From contig JBGTHM010000102.1 in assembly GCA_041746255.1 (NCBI GenBank), positions 37,793-101,792 on the forward strand: a stretch of DNA of 64,000 nt, in the 5' to 3' direction. Made by a program: the position numbers and the translations under genes. This document shows, in pieces, positions 1-8,314 of this stretch. The notes under the pieces are model-generated. The model was not told the origin of the DNA. It searched no databases and saw only the letters and a program-made list of their open reading frames with translations. This DNA comes from Fibrobacteria bacterium. GTDB lineage: Bacteria > Fibrobacterota > Fibrobacteria > UBA11236. How positions within the stretch are numbered: the stretch's first letter is position 1; the number at the start of each line of letters is the position of its first letter.

Positions 1-450
1 TGGAATGATCCCGAAGGGTTCCGGCTCAGCGTGGACGCCTTCGCCGAATATTACGGGGGACTGGATTTTACCACCATCGTCGGAATCGAAAGCCGGGGTT
101 TCATCATCGGTGCGGCCTTGGCCGCCCGGCTGGGCAAGGGATTCGTACCCATCCGTAAAATGGGCAAGCTTCCCGCCGAAGTCGAAAGCCAGGAATACGA
201 ATTGGAATACGGCAGCGATTGCATTGAAATCCACCGGGATGCCATCATCGCGGGCCAAAAGGTTTTGCTGATGGACGATTTACTGGCTACCGGCGGGACC
301 ATGCGAGCGGCTTGCCACTTGCTTTCCAAACTGGGCGGAACGGTACTTTCCTGCGGAGTGATCGTGGACTTACCGGTGCTCGGTGGCCGCAAGGTGCTCG
401 AGGCGGAAGGTTCCCATGTCTTCTCGCTGGTCGAGTTCGACGGAGACTGA
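1..450 (+). CDS. apt: Adenine phosphoribosyltransferase, 5' end outside the window
   Basis: Frame is open from base 1. Motifs GIESRGF, IRKMGKLP, YELEYG and the PRPP-binding LMDDLLATGGT. Confidence 0.95.
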   Translation, partial: WNDPEGFRLSVDAFAEYYGGLDFTTIVGIESRGFIIGAALAARLGKGFVPIRKMGKLPAEVESQEYELEYGSDCIEIHRDAIIAGQKVLLMDDLLATGGTMRAACHLLSKLGGTVLSCGVIVDLPVLGGRKVLEAEGSHVFSLVEFDGD

Positions 451-617
451 TCCGGGCCCATCCTCGGCGCTCCAATCCTGTTCATCCTACACGCCAAGCC
501 CCGGCCAACTCAGAAGGAATTCGTGTCCGGCAATGGGTTCTGACCCGACATTTTATTTTTTCCCCGCTGCAGTGACACATTCCTCCCTTTGCGGTGTTCC
601 AAGAATAGAATAGACAC

Positions 618-1115
618 ATGGACTCGGAAAAGCTGAAAAACCTGTACCGCCGGTATGGCCCGCTTGTGCTGCGGCGCTGCGGTCGACTATTGGGTAATTC
701 CACCGAAGCCGAGGACGCCATGCAGGAGGTTTTCATGCAGATTCTAAGGAATCCCGCGCTGATCGATGCCGAGTTTCCCTCCAGCCTTTTGTACAAGATC
801 GCCACGAACACCTGTCTGAACCGTCTGCGAGGGCGTTCGCGTCGGGCCGAGACGCGCGAGGATGCCGCCTTGCTCGCCATCGCCTCGGAGGAGGACGTGG
901 AGGCGCGCTCGGCTGCCGGGCGTTTGCTCGACCGGTTGTTTGGACGCCACCCCGAATCCACCCGCGTCATGGCCGTACTGCACTTCTTGGACGGTCTCAC
1001 GCTTGAAGAAGTGGCGCGCGAGACCTCGCTCTCCGTATCCGGTGTTCGCAAGCGCCTTCGCGCGCTGAAGGATAGCTCCCTTAAACTCGGCGACACGGAG
1101 GTTGTCCATGGCTGA
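618..1115 (+). CDS. ECF-family RNA polymerase sigma factor
   Basis: 165 aa. Region 2 (LYRRYG...EAEDAMQEVF...LYKIATNTCLNRLR) and region 4 HTH (GLTLEEVARETSLSVSGVRKRL). Confidence 0.92.
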   Translation: MDSEKLKNLYRRYGPLVLRRCGRLLGNSTEAEDAMQEVFMQILRNPALIDAEFPSSLLYKIATNTCLNRLRGRSRRAETREDAALLAIASEEDVEARSAAGRLLDRLFGRHPESTRVMAVLHFLDGLTLEEVARETSLSVSGVRKRLRALKDSSLKLGDTEVVHG

Positions 1116-1971
1116 GCCCATTTTACCGGGATCCTCGGAACCCGTTTCCGACCTGCTTTTGGAGCGTTACGCGCTCGGCGAGTTGCCGCTCGATCTGAAA
1201 CGGCGAGTTGAGGCGCGACTGGACGTGGATCCTGCGCTAAGCGCCCGCCTCGACTCTTTGCGCGCCTCCGACGAAACGTTGCTGAAGCAATATCCTCCCG
1301 AAGTCGTCGTGCCAAGCCTTAGAAACCTACTCCGACGCGAGCGGGTGGAAATGAATAACCGTAACGCGCATACGGGACGGAGCTCGGCCTATTTTCTGGC
1401 AAAGCCTGTCTTCGCGGCCGCGCTTGTGTTAGCGGCGGTGTCCATCCCCCTGTGGCAGTTCGGGCGATCGGTGCTTCCACCTTTGGTGGATGAAGGCCTA
1501 GTCGCTGTTATTTCCGTCCCGGAACCTTCCGTAATTGCGCCGGAACCCACGAAAGAGGGCACACGAATCAAAGGACTGGATCCCGCCATCGCGCTGTTCC
1601 GACGCACGGATCAGGGCGCCGAGGCCCTCAAGCCTGGCGCGACGGTGCGTCCTGGCGATGTGCTCCGGGTCGGCTATCGCTCCGGCGGTTTTCCATTCGG
1701 CGCCATCTTTTCGGTGGACGGAAACGGTAGCGTTACCCGCCATTGGCCGCTTGCGGGCGACGGTGGGGGCCGCCTCGAGGCCGGAGAGCAACTGCTCCCC
1801 GGCGCGTTCATGCTGGATGCGGCCCCGGATTATGAACGATTTTTCCTGTTGGTTTCGGAAGAACCATTCAATCTGAATCCCGAGCTGGAGGCGCTGCTTG
1901 CCGGTAATCCACCCAGGACACGCGGGCTCCAAACAATACGCTTCGAACTCCTGAAGGACAATGGAATATGA
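1108..1971 (+). CDS. Membrane anti-sigma factor-like protein with periplasmic DUF4384-like domain
   Basis: GGAGG precedes ATG 1108, which overlaps the sigma stop. N-terminal ASD-like helices (SDLLLERYALGEL...VEARL) without Zn ligands, one TM segment (VFAAALVLAAVSIPLW), Pro-rich linker, then an LKPGATVRPGDVLRVGY...SVDGNGSV beta domain. Confidence 0.75.
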   Translation: MAEPILPGSSEPVSDLLLERYALGELPLDLKRRVEARLDVDPALSARLDSLRASDETLLKQYPPEVVVPSLRNLLRRERVEMNNRNAHTGRSSAYFLAKPVFAAALVLAAVSIPLWQFGRSVLPPLVDEGLVAVISVPEPSVIAPEPTKEGTRIKGLDPAIALFRRTDQGAEALKPGATVRPGDVLRVGYRSGGFPFGAIFSVDGNGSVTRHWPLAGDGGGRLEAGEQLLPGAFMLDAAPDYERFFLLVSEEPFNLNPELEALLAGNPPRTRGLQTIRFELLKDNGI

Positions 1972-4364
1972 AAACCCCTCTCGCTCTCATACTGACGGCA
2001 TCGCTCTGCCTGGCCCAAATTACTCATGCCGCGGCATCGGATGGCGCGACGCGCCGATTCGCGCTGGTAATCGGCGCGCACGAAGGCGGTAAGGGGCGCG
2101 ACCGGCTCCTGTACTCCGGTTCGGATGCACGAGCCTTCCAGAATACGCTGCAGGAACTGGGCGGCCTGAGCTCGGTTGACGCGAATCTTTTGATTGATCC
2201 GGATAGCGCAGGCCTGCAGCGAGCCTTCGAAAAACTCGCGGCCCGGGTTCAGGTTGCGAGACGGGACGGCGCGCGCACCGAGGCGGTCGTATACTACTCC
2301 GGCCATGCCGACGAGAACGGTTTGCAACTTGGCAAGGAGCGGTTCGACTATCGAGCCTTCCGGGAGCGGATGAACGCCCTCGGTGCGGATGTGCGCATCG
2401 CGGTAGTCGACGCCTGCGCGTCCGGAGCTCTCACCCGTATGAAGGGTGGCACGCCTGTGCAAGCTTTCATGGTGGACCGATCCGCGCGTGCCGAAGGTTA
2501 CGCTTTCCTTACTTCCAGTTCCGAGAGCGAGGTGGCGCAGGAGAGCGATCGGCTGCGGGGATCCTTCTTCACTCATGCGCTCACCACGGGCCTTCGCGGC
2601 GCGGCCGACGCGACGCGGGACGGGCGCGTGACTTTGCACGAGGCCTATCAGTTCGCCTACCACGAAACCCTTGCCCGAACGGTGTCAACCCGAGGAGGGC
2701 CTCAGCATGCCGCCTACGACATCCAACTTAGTGGTAGCGGTGACGTGGTGCTTACCGATCTGCGTCAGGCCACGGCTTCACTGGTGCTGGCAGAAGCTTT
2801 GCACGGTCGGCTATTCATCCGGGACAGTCTCGATCATCTTACCGCCGAGTTGAATAAGCCCGCGGGACGCGAAATGAACTTTGGCCTACCGCCGGGAACC
2901 TACGGACTGCGCCTACAGCAGGGCACGAGTTGGAGCGGAGCCACGGTAACGTTGCTCGAAGGTAAATCGGCCGTACTTGATCCGTCCTCCTTTCGCCCGG
3001 TCGAGAGCGAGCCCACGGCATTTCGCGGGGGGGAAGGCGATAGTGGTCGTGCGTTCCGGCATTTACAGGGAACAGGAAATCCCGGATTTTCCGCCTCGTT
3101 CCTGTACGACGCGAAGAAAGAGGATTGGTACGGCACTCAGATCGCCCTGCTGGCCACCGATGGGCGCAAGAATCGCCGCGGCGGGCAGGTCGCGGTCGGG
3201 TTCAATTTTACGCGCGGGGATCTTGAGGGTTACCAGGGAGCAGCGGGCTTGAACGTGGTCGGGGGGGCGCTGCAGGGATTCCAGTTCGCGCAAATCGGAA
3301 ACTTCACGGCTGAAGACGCACATGGCACGCAGTTCTCCGGGATCTTCGGAGCGACCGGCGGTGGTCTTAATGGTGTTCAGGTGGCCGGTATCCTTAACCT
3401 CGCCGGCGGCGGTGTCGAGGGCTTGCAAGGAGCCGGAATCTTCAACATCTCGGGCGATTCCGTAAGAGGCTTGCAAATAGGCGGTATCTTCAACATCGCT
3501 GCAGAAAGCGTACGCGGTGGACAAGGCGCCGGTATCTTCAATATCGCGGGCGGAAAGATAAAAGGCGGCCAAGGTGCCGGAATCTTCAACATCACCGCAC
3601 GCGATATTATCGGAGGTCAGGGCGCCGGAATCTTCAACGTGGCCGGAGGCGACATCACAGGAGGTCAGGGCGCTGCCATTTTCAATGCGACTGCGGGATC
3701 TCTTAGAGGCATTCAAGGCTCGGCCATCTTGAATTTCGCCGGCCGGGTCGAGGGGCTTGCTTCGGACAGGGGATCGATGCCGGGTTTCCAAATCACTTCC
3801 ATTCTAAACGTCGCGGGGAAGGTCAATGGGCACCAAATCGGTTTGGTGAATCTATCGGATGACTATCAATCGGGGTTTCCCCTGGGTCTCGTGAATATCA
3901 GCCGAAAAGGCGCGTTTCACGGCATAACGTGGGTGGACGAAACCGGCATGGCCTACGCGGGGCTGCGCACTGGGGTACGATCCGTATATTCCATCCTGGC
4001 GGTCGGAACGAATGCATTCGATGACCAGTCCCTGTTCGCTCCTACCTTCGGCATGGGCGCGCGTTTCTCCTTGGGCAAGTCCTGGTTCCTGGAACCCGAC
4101 CTGATGTACAGCACGCTTTTCGAGTCGAAGAACTATTCATTCGATGACGCGGAAGTAAACACGGAGTGGTCGCGCCTAAGATTTGCCGCAGGGTGGGAAT
4201 TTCTCCCCTACGCTTCCGTATTCTGGGGGGTGGCATACAATGTAGCAGTACACACCCAAACGGATGCCCCGGTGACGGGAAGCAATTTTCCTTTTTTCAC
4301 CTCGGTTTCCCATCACGTCAGCATGTGGCCCGGGGCATTCCTGGGAATTCGTGTCGGAAAGTGA
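1968..4364 (+). CDS. Secreted caspase-family (C14-like) protease with glycine-rich repeat solenoid and probable C-terminal OM beta-barrel
   Basis: Signal peptide; RRFALVIG first strand; catalytic dyad YYSGH (His113) and VDAC (Cys150); AQESDRLRGSFFTHAL; RDGRVTLHEAY; 16-aa repeats; amphipathic C-terminus ending GAFLGIRVGK. ATGA overlap with the upstream gene. Confidence 0.88.
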   Translation: MKTPLALILTASLCLAQITHAAASDGATRRFALVIGAHEGGKGRDRLLYSGSDARAFQNTLQELGGLSSVDANLLIDPDSAGLQRAFEKLAARVQVARRDGARTEAVVYYSGHADENGLQLGKERFDYRAFRERMNALGADVRIAVVDACASGALTRMKGGTPVQAFMVDRSARAEGYAFLTSSSESEVAQESDRLRGSFFTHALTTGLRGAADATRDGRVTLHEAYQFAYHETLARTVSTRGGPQHAAYDIQLSGSGDVVLTDLRQATASLVLAEALHGRLFIRDSLDHLTAELNKPAGREMNFGLPPGTYGLRLQQGTSWSGATVTLLEGKSAVLDPSSFRPVESEPTAFRGGEGDSGRAFRHLQGTGNPGFSASFLYDAKKEDWYGTQIALLATDGRKNRRGGQVAVGFNFTRGDLEGYQGAAGLNVVGGALQGFQFAQIGNFTAEDAHGTQFSGIFGATGGGLNGVQVAGILNLAGGGVEGLQGAGIFNISGDSVRGLQIGGIFNIAAESVRGGQGAGIFNIAGGKIKGGQGAGIFNITARDIIGGQGAGIFNVAGGDITGGQGAAIFNATAGSLRGIQGSAILNFAGRVEGLASDRGSMPGFQITSILNVAGKVNGHQIGLVNLSDDYQSGFPLGLVNISRKGAFHGITWVDETGMAYAGLRTGVRSVYSILAVGTNAFDDQSLFAPTFGMGARFSLGKSWFLEPDLMYSTLFESKNYSFDDAEVNTEWSRLRFAAGWEFLPYASVFWGVAYNVAVHTQTDAPVTGSNFPFFTSVSHHVSMWPGAFLGIRVGK
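3132..3911 (+). repeat. About 16 tandem 16-aa (48-nt) repeats, consensus GxQxaGIFNIAGGxvx (LA_2272-like beta-solenoid)
   Basis: ATCTTCAA recurs at 3438, 3486, 3534, 3582 and 3630, a 48-nt period. Confidence 0.9.
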
Positions 4365-4472
4365 TTTTGAGATTGGCCGGAACATCGCGTAAGGGCTACG
4401 TCGGGCGAGAACCCATACCGGTACGCACCGCACGGTGTGATTGAGACCACAATTCAAGCAAGCGATAATTAT

Positions 4473-4519
4473 TCATTTTTCCTCCGACCGCCTCCAGGCG
4501 GGTGGAGGAATAAAAATGA
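4473..4519 (+). promoter_or_regulatory. Hairpin covering the Shine-Dalgarno and start codon of the lamin-tail gene
   Basis: TCATTTTTCCTCC-gACCGCC-tcca-GGCG-GGT-GGAGGAA-t-AAAAATGA. Confidence 0.55.
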
Positions 4520-6084
4520 TCAGACCCTTGCTTTTTTCCGGCGTAGGGTTACTCCTGTACGGATCGGTTCATGCTGAACTGCTGCTTTCCGAGGTTATGG
4601 CCGATCCGGCAGCGGTACCCGACGCCTCGGGAGAGTATCTCGAGCTGGGAAACTCCGGTGATAAGGAATTGTTCCTCCGGAAATTGTCTATTGCGGTGGA
4701 CGGCGATACCCTGGTTTTCCCCGATGTGAAATTGTCGGCCGGAGGGGTGGCATTGCTATGCCGCGATTCCCTTCCCGAACGGAACGGAGGCATGGCCTGC
4801 GACAGGAAGGCCGAGCGGCTTAGGCTCGCTAACGGTAGGCCAATCGCCATTGTACTTCGCCATGACGAGGGCGACGTAACCTATGAGATTCCCGCTGCAA
4901 GATCCGGTCAAAGCTGGGAGAATACCTGGGACGAAAAATCCGGATATTCCCGATTCGCCCTTGCAAACGGAATCCATGCCGGTGGCGACAAGGGGTCTCC
5001 TGGCCATTCCAACAGCGTGAGTGTCGTACCTCCGCTTTTTGATTTGGCGCTGACGGAAATCACTTTCCGGAAAGAAACGCGCGAGGCGCGACTACGCATC
5101 GAGAATCGGGGGCGCCTGCTTCCGGATTCCGCATCCGTCTCCCTGATTTCCAACCGAATTTTGAACGGCATTCCCCATGCCGTCCTTAAAACCCGGTCGT
5201 TGGACATCTCTTCCTGCCGACAGGAATGCACGGTTCCATTCCTTTTCGAATCGGGAGGGCCTCCCGTGGTTAACTTCGCCTTATCGGGGGATTCCAACCC
5301 TCTGAACGATACCCTCCTCTTTGTCCTTCCCGAATATCGGCGGGGAGGATTGCTCCGGCTCACGGAGGTTTGCGCCGCACCCACCGACGGAGCTCCCGAG
5401 TGGGTGGAGATACGCAATGGGTCTTCCTATGCGATTGCCATAGGCGACCTGCGCTTACAAGACCGGTTGGTTTTGGGCGAAGGGCGCGCGGCGACGCTCA
5501 AGCCGGGGGAATACCTGGTCCTGACGGAAGACGAAAAAGCCTTTCGGGAAATCCACGGCGGTTTGAAATTGCGCCTTGTGCAACCACCCTCGTGGAGAGT
5601 ACTGCGAAATACGGGGGATACGGTTCGCCTGGCTCTCCCCTCGGGAACATTACTGGATAGCGTGGCCTACCGGGGGTTTCGTCCATCCGACAATACGGGA
5701 TGCCTGGAAAGGATGGGTGAGGACCTTGCGCCAGTGCTCGGTGAATCGCATGTGCTGGGATCGACTCCCGGTTTCGAGAAAACCCGGGATAAGCCCACTG
5801 GATGGAAAATTTCACCGAGAATTTTACGAACGGACGAGGGCGGTCGCATTGATATTCAGGTGACCGCTTCGCCGCAAAAAGCATATCGCCTGGAGATTTT
5901 CGATTTGTCGGGGTATTCCGTGCGCGCCTTTTGCTCACCTTGCACGGGTAGCCGTTCCTTTTCCTGGAAGGGGGAAGATGAACGGGGAAAATCGCTTCCC
6001 GTAGGCCCCTACATAGTCCTGTTCCATCCGCAGGGGGACAACCCCCATAAAAAATCCCTGGTCATTTCGAGAAAGTTACGATGA
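4516..6084 (+). CDS. Secreted lamin-tail-domain (LTD) protein, two LTDs plus FlgD-Ig/T9SS-type C-terminal domain
   Basis: SEVMADP...GEYLELGN and TEVCAAP...EWVEIRN LTD motifs; C-terminal IFDLSG...WKGEDERGKSLPVGPYIV. Confidence 0.8.
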   Translation: MIRPLLFSGVGLLLYGSVHAELLLSEVMADPAAVPDASGEYLELGNSGDKELFLRKLSIAVDGDTLVFPDVKLSAGGVALLCRDSLPERNGGMACDRKAERLRLANGRPIAIVLRHDEGDVTYEIPAARSGQSWENTWDEKSGYSRFALANGIHAGGDKGSPGHSNSVSVVPPLFDLALTEITFRKETREARLRIENRGRLLPDSASVSLISNRILNGIPHAVLKTRSLDISSCRQECTVPFLFESGGPPVVNFALSGDSNPLNDTLLFVLPEYRRGGLLRLTEVCAAPTDGAPEWVEIRNGSSYAIAIGDLRLQDRLVLGEGRAATLKPGEYLVLTEDEKAFREIHGGLKLRLVQPPSWRVLRNTGDTVRLALPSGTLLDSVAYRGFRPSDNTGCLERMGEDLAPVLGESHVLGSTPGFEKTRDKPTGWKISPRILRTDEGGRIDIQVTASPQKAYRLEIFDLSGYSVRAFCSPCTGSRSFSWKGEDERGKSLPVGPYIVLFHPQGDNPHKKSLVISRKLR

Positions 6085-6962
6085 TGATTTGGCGTCTTGT
6101 CTGGGTTTGTATGGGAATGCTCCTTCCCGCGTCCGGTTTTTTCCGGGACGATTTGCAGGGAGGGATTTACGGCTCCTCCCTCGGTGCCGGTGGCGGGACG
6201 GCCTGGGAACGCATGGCGCATGGGCAGAATCCGGCGGCATCCAAGGAGAGAGGATACGGAGCCTACCTTGGCTACCATTCGCCCTTTGGTATGGATGGAC
6301 TTAATGTGGTGGAAGCCGGACTCCATATCGATGGGCGGCGTTGGGGGACGGCATTGGGGTTTCTCCAAACCGAGGTCGAGGAATTCTATCGCGAACAAAG
6401 CCTGGAAGTCCAATTCTCATGGACCCTCGGGACGCTTTCCTTAGGCGGCATGGGTGTGCTTCGCCGTGTTCACCTTCCCGAACCGGAAAGCGAGCTAATC
6501 GGTGGAGAGGCATGGGGATTATTATGGCGCCCTTTTCCCAAGTTGGTTCTGGGTGGTTTTTGCCGTAATTTCGCCTCACGAAATATCTGGACGCGTGAAC
6601 TCAATCCGATTGTACAGGTCGGATTTCGGGTTCAAGATGAGCAGGATGGTTCGCATCCTGGTGGCAGGGCGATTCGCCCTGCGCTGGCTTTCGACTTGCG
6701 CCGGGTCCGAAATTCATATTGGCGTGCGCTAATCGCACACAGTTTGTGCATTGGTCCCGACTTAGTGCTGACGGCCGGTTTGGCCAACCGGCCTTTTCAA
6801 TTTTCGGTAGGCGCGGCCATAAGTTGGTCCGGCGCCACGATTTACTATGCGATGCGCACGCATACGGCCTTGGGCCGGACGAATTACCCCGGTCTGGCTT
6901 TTGTTCGTTCGTTGGAAGAAGGTGGAATTTCCGGAGCGGCCGGAGAAAGGCACGCACCTTGA
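6081..6962 (+). CDS. Probable outer-membrane beta-barrel, PorV/PorP-like
   Basis: Signal peptide, SSLGAGGG...NPAA motif of the FadL/PorV-type N-terminus, amphipathic strands; translationally coupled to the LTD gene. Confidence 0.55.
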   Translation: MMIWRLVWVCMGMLLPASGFFRDDLQGGIYGSSLGAGGGTAWERMAHGQNPAASKERGYGAYLGYHSPFGMDGLNVVEAGLHIDGRRWGTALGFLQTEVEEFYREQSLEVQFSWTLGTLSLGGMGVLRRVHLPEPESELIGGEAWGLLWRPFPKLVLGGFCRNFASRNIWTRELNPIVQVGFRVQDEQDGSHPGGRAIRPALAFDLRRVRNSYWRALIAHSLCIGPDLVLTAGLANRPFQFSVGAAISWSGATIYYAMRTHTALGRTNYPGLAFVRSLEEGGISGAAGERHAP

Positions 6963-7084
6963 CTTTACCCGCTTTTTTCCCGACAATTACTGCAATCTTA
7001 ACCTAAAGAGCAAATTCCGTAATTCGGTTCCTTAACGCCGCCTTCCGCTCCATGCGGGTCCGGTTACAAGGGTGTAAGGTTGTC

Positions 7085-8278
7085 ATGATTCGCATGCACA
7101 TGGATGAGGTTAAGGCGGGTATGGTCCTGGCCCGCTCCCTGGTGAAGGAAAACGGAGATTTGTTGCTGGCCTCGGGCTTCGTCATAACCGAGCGCGTTTT
7201 GGCCAAGCTTCGTGAAATCGGCCTTTCGGGGTGCTATGTCTACGAAGAAGGCACGGAATTCGTCATTCCCGAAGAAATGATTTCGGAGCAGCTCGCCAAT
7301 CAAACCCAGGGAATCTTGAAGGATAATGCCGAGGCGCTCAAGACCGCTCTCAAAACCCAGGAAATCACCCAGGATAACCTGAAATCCGCGCTCAAGGACA
7401 AGTCCCGCTTTAAAAATATCATCGCGGTGGACCGCATGAAGAACGCCGCTCAGGATATTATCAATAGCTTGATGGGGAGCGAGCCCGTAATCGTGAATAT
7501 CAGTTCCATCCGCACCAAAAGCGGCTATGTCTTCCAACATGCGTTAGACGTCGCTGTTACCGCCATCATGGTGGGAGTGCGTATCGGTTATTCGGAAAAG
7601 GAATTGGAGGAGTTGGCGATGGGTTGTCTGCTCATGGATTTGGGCATGGTCATGATATCGGATAGCATCGTTTACAAGACCTCGCCCTTGAACGATGCGG
7701 AGAAAAACCTGCTGCGCGAGCACACCACTCTAGGATACGCGATTTTGCGGGAGAATCAAAAAATCGCCTTGACCACGGCGCATGTCGCTTATCAACACCA
7801 TGAGAGGCAGGACGGAACAGGTTTCCCCCGGGAATTGATCGGGGACAATACCCTTCCCATCAAGCGAATTTCGGGTGAGAGAAATCGAATGCACCGATAT
7901 GCGGAAATAGCCGCCGTGGCAGACACTTATGTGAGCCTCCTCTCCCCGCGCCCGGGAACAGGCGTATTGCGCACACCGGATGAAGTGATGAAACTTCTCA
8001 TCCTAGGATCCGGAACCCATCTCAACAAGTCAATCGTGGACGGGTTAATCACCATGATCCCGATTTTTCCCGTGGGATCGCGCATTGCCGTGGTGGAGGA
8101 TCGTAAGTTCGGAAAGTTGTTGGGTTGCACCGGAATCGTCACAAAAACCCGCATGGATGCGCCGGAACAGCCAGAAATCGTCGTTCTTTACGATAAGGAG
8201 AAGAATAAAATGACTCCGGTGATAATCGACTTACTCGAAGAGCCGGGAGTAAAAATCCAATTCGCGAAATTGCGATGA
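7085..8278 (+). CDS. HD-GYP domain protein with degenerate HD motif
   Basis: GMVLARS N-terminus, HALDVA, LLMDLG, HHERQDGTGFP, IAAVADTY. Confidence 0.85.
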   Translation: MIRMHMDEVKAGMVLARSLVKENGDLLLASGFVITERVLAKLREIGLSGCYVYEEGTEFVIPEEMISEQLANQTQGILKDNAEALKTALKTQEITQDNLKSALKDKSRFKNIIAVDRMKNAAQDIINSLMGSEPVIVNISSIRTKSGYVFQHALDVAVTAIMVGVRIGYSEKELEELAMGCLLMDLGMVMISDSIVYKTSPLNDAEKNLLREHTTLGYAILRENQKIALTTAHVAYQHHERQDGTGFPRELIGDNTLPIKRISGERNRMHRYAEIAAVADTYVSLLSPRPGTGVLRTPDEVMKLLILGSGTHLNKSIVDGLITMIPIFPVGSRIAVVEDRKFGKLLGCTGIVTKTRMDAPEQPEIVVLYDKEKNKMTPVIIDLLEEPGVKIQFAKLR

Positions 8279-8314
8279 AGAGGCAAATGCGTCTAATTGC
8301 TATTTTCCAGGAAC

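Noticed and set aside
3027..3033. G7 tract in the caspase gene as a phase-variation site
   Set aside because: Too short in GC-rich DNA, and it encodes Gly-Gly in an intact frame.
3421..3740. 48-nt periodic repeats as a CRISPR array
   Set aside because: They are in-frame coding repeats with synonymous variation, with no unique spacers and no cas genes.
6963..7084. c-di-GMP riboswitch before the HD-GYP gene
   Set aside because: No two-stem GEMM architecture was visible.
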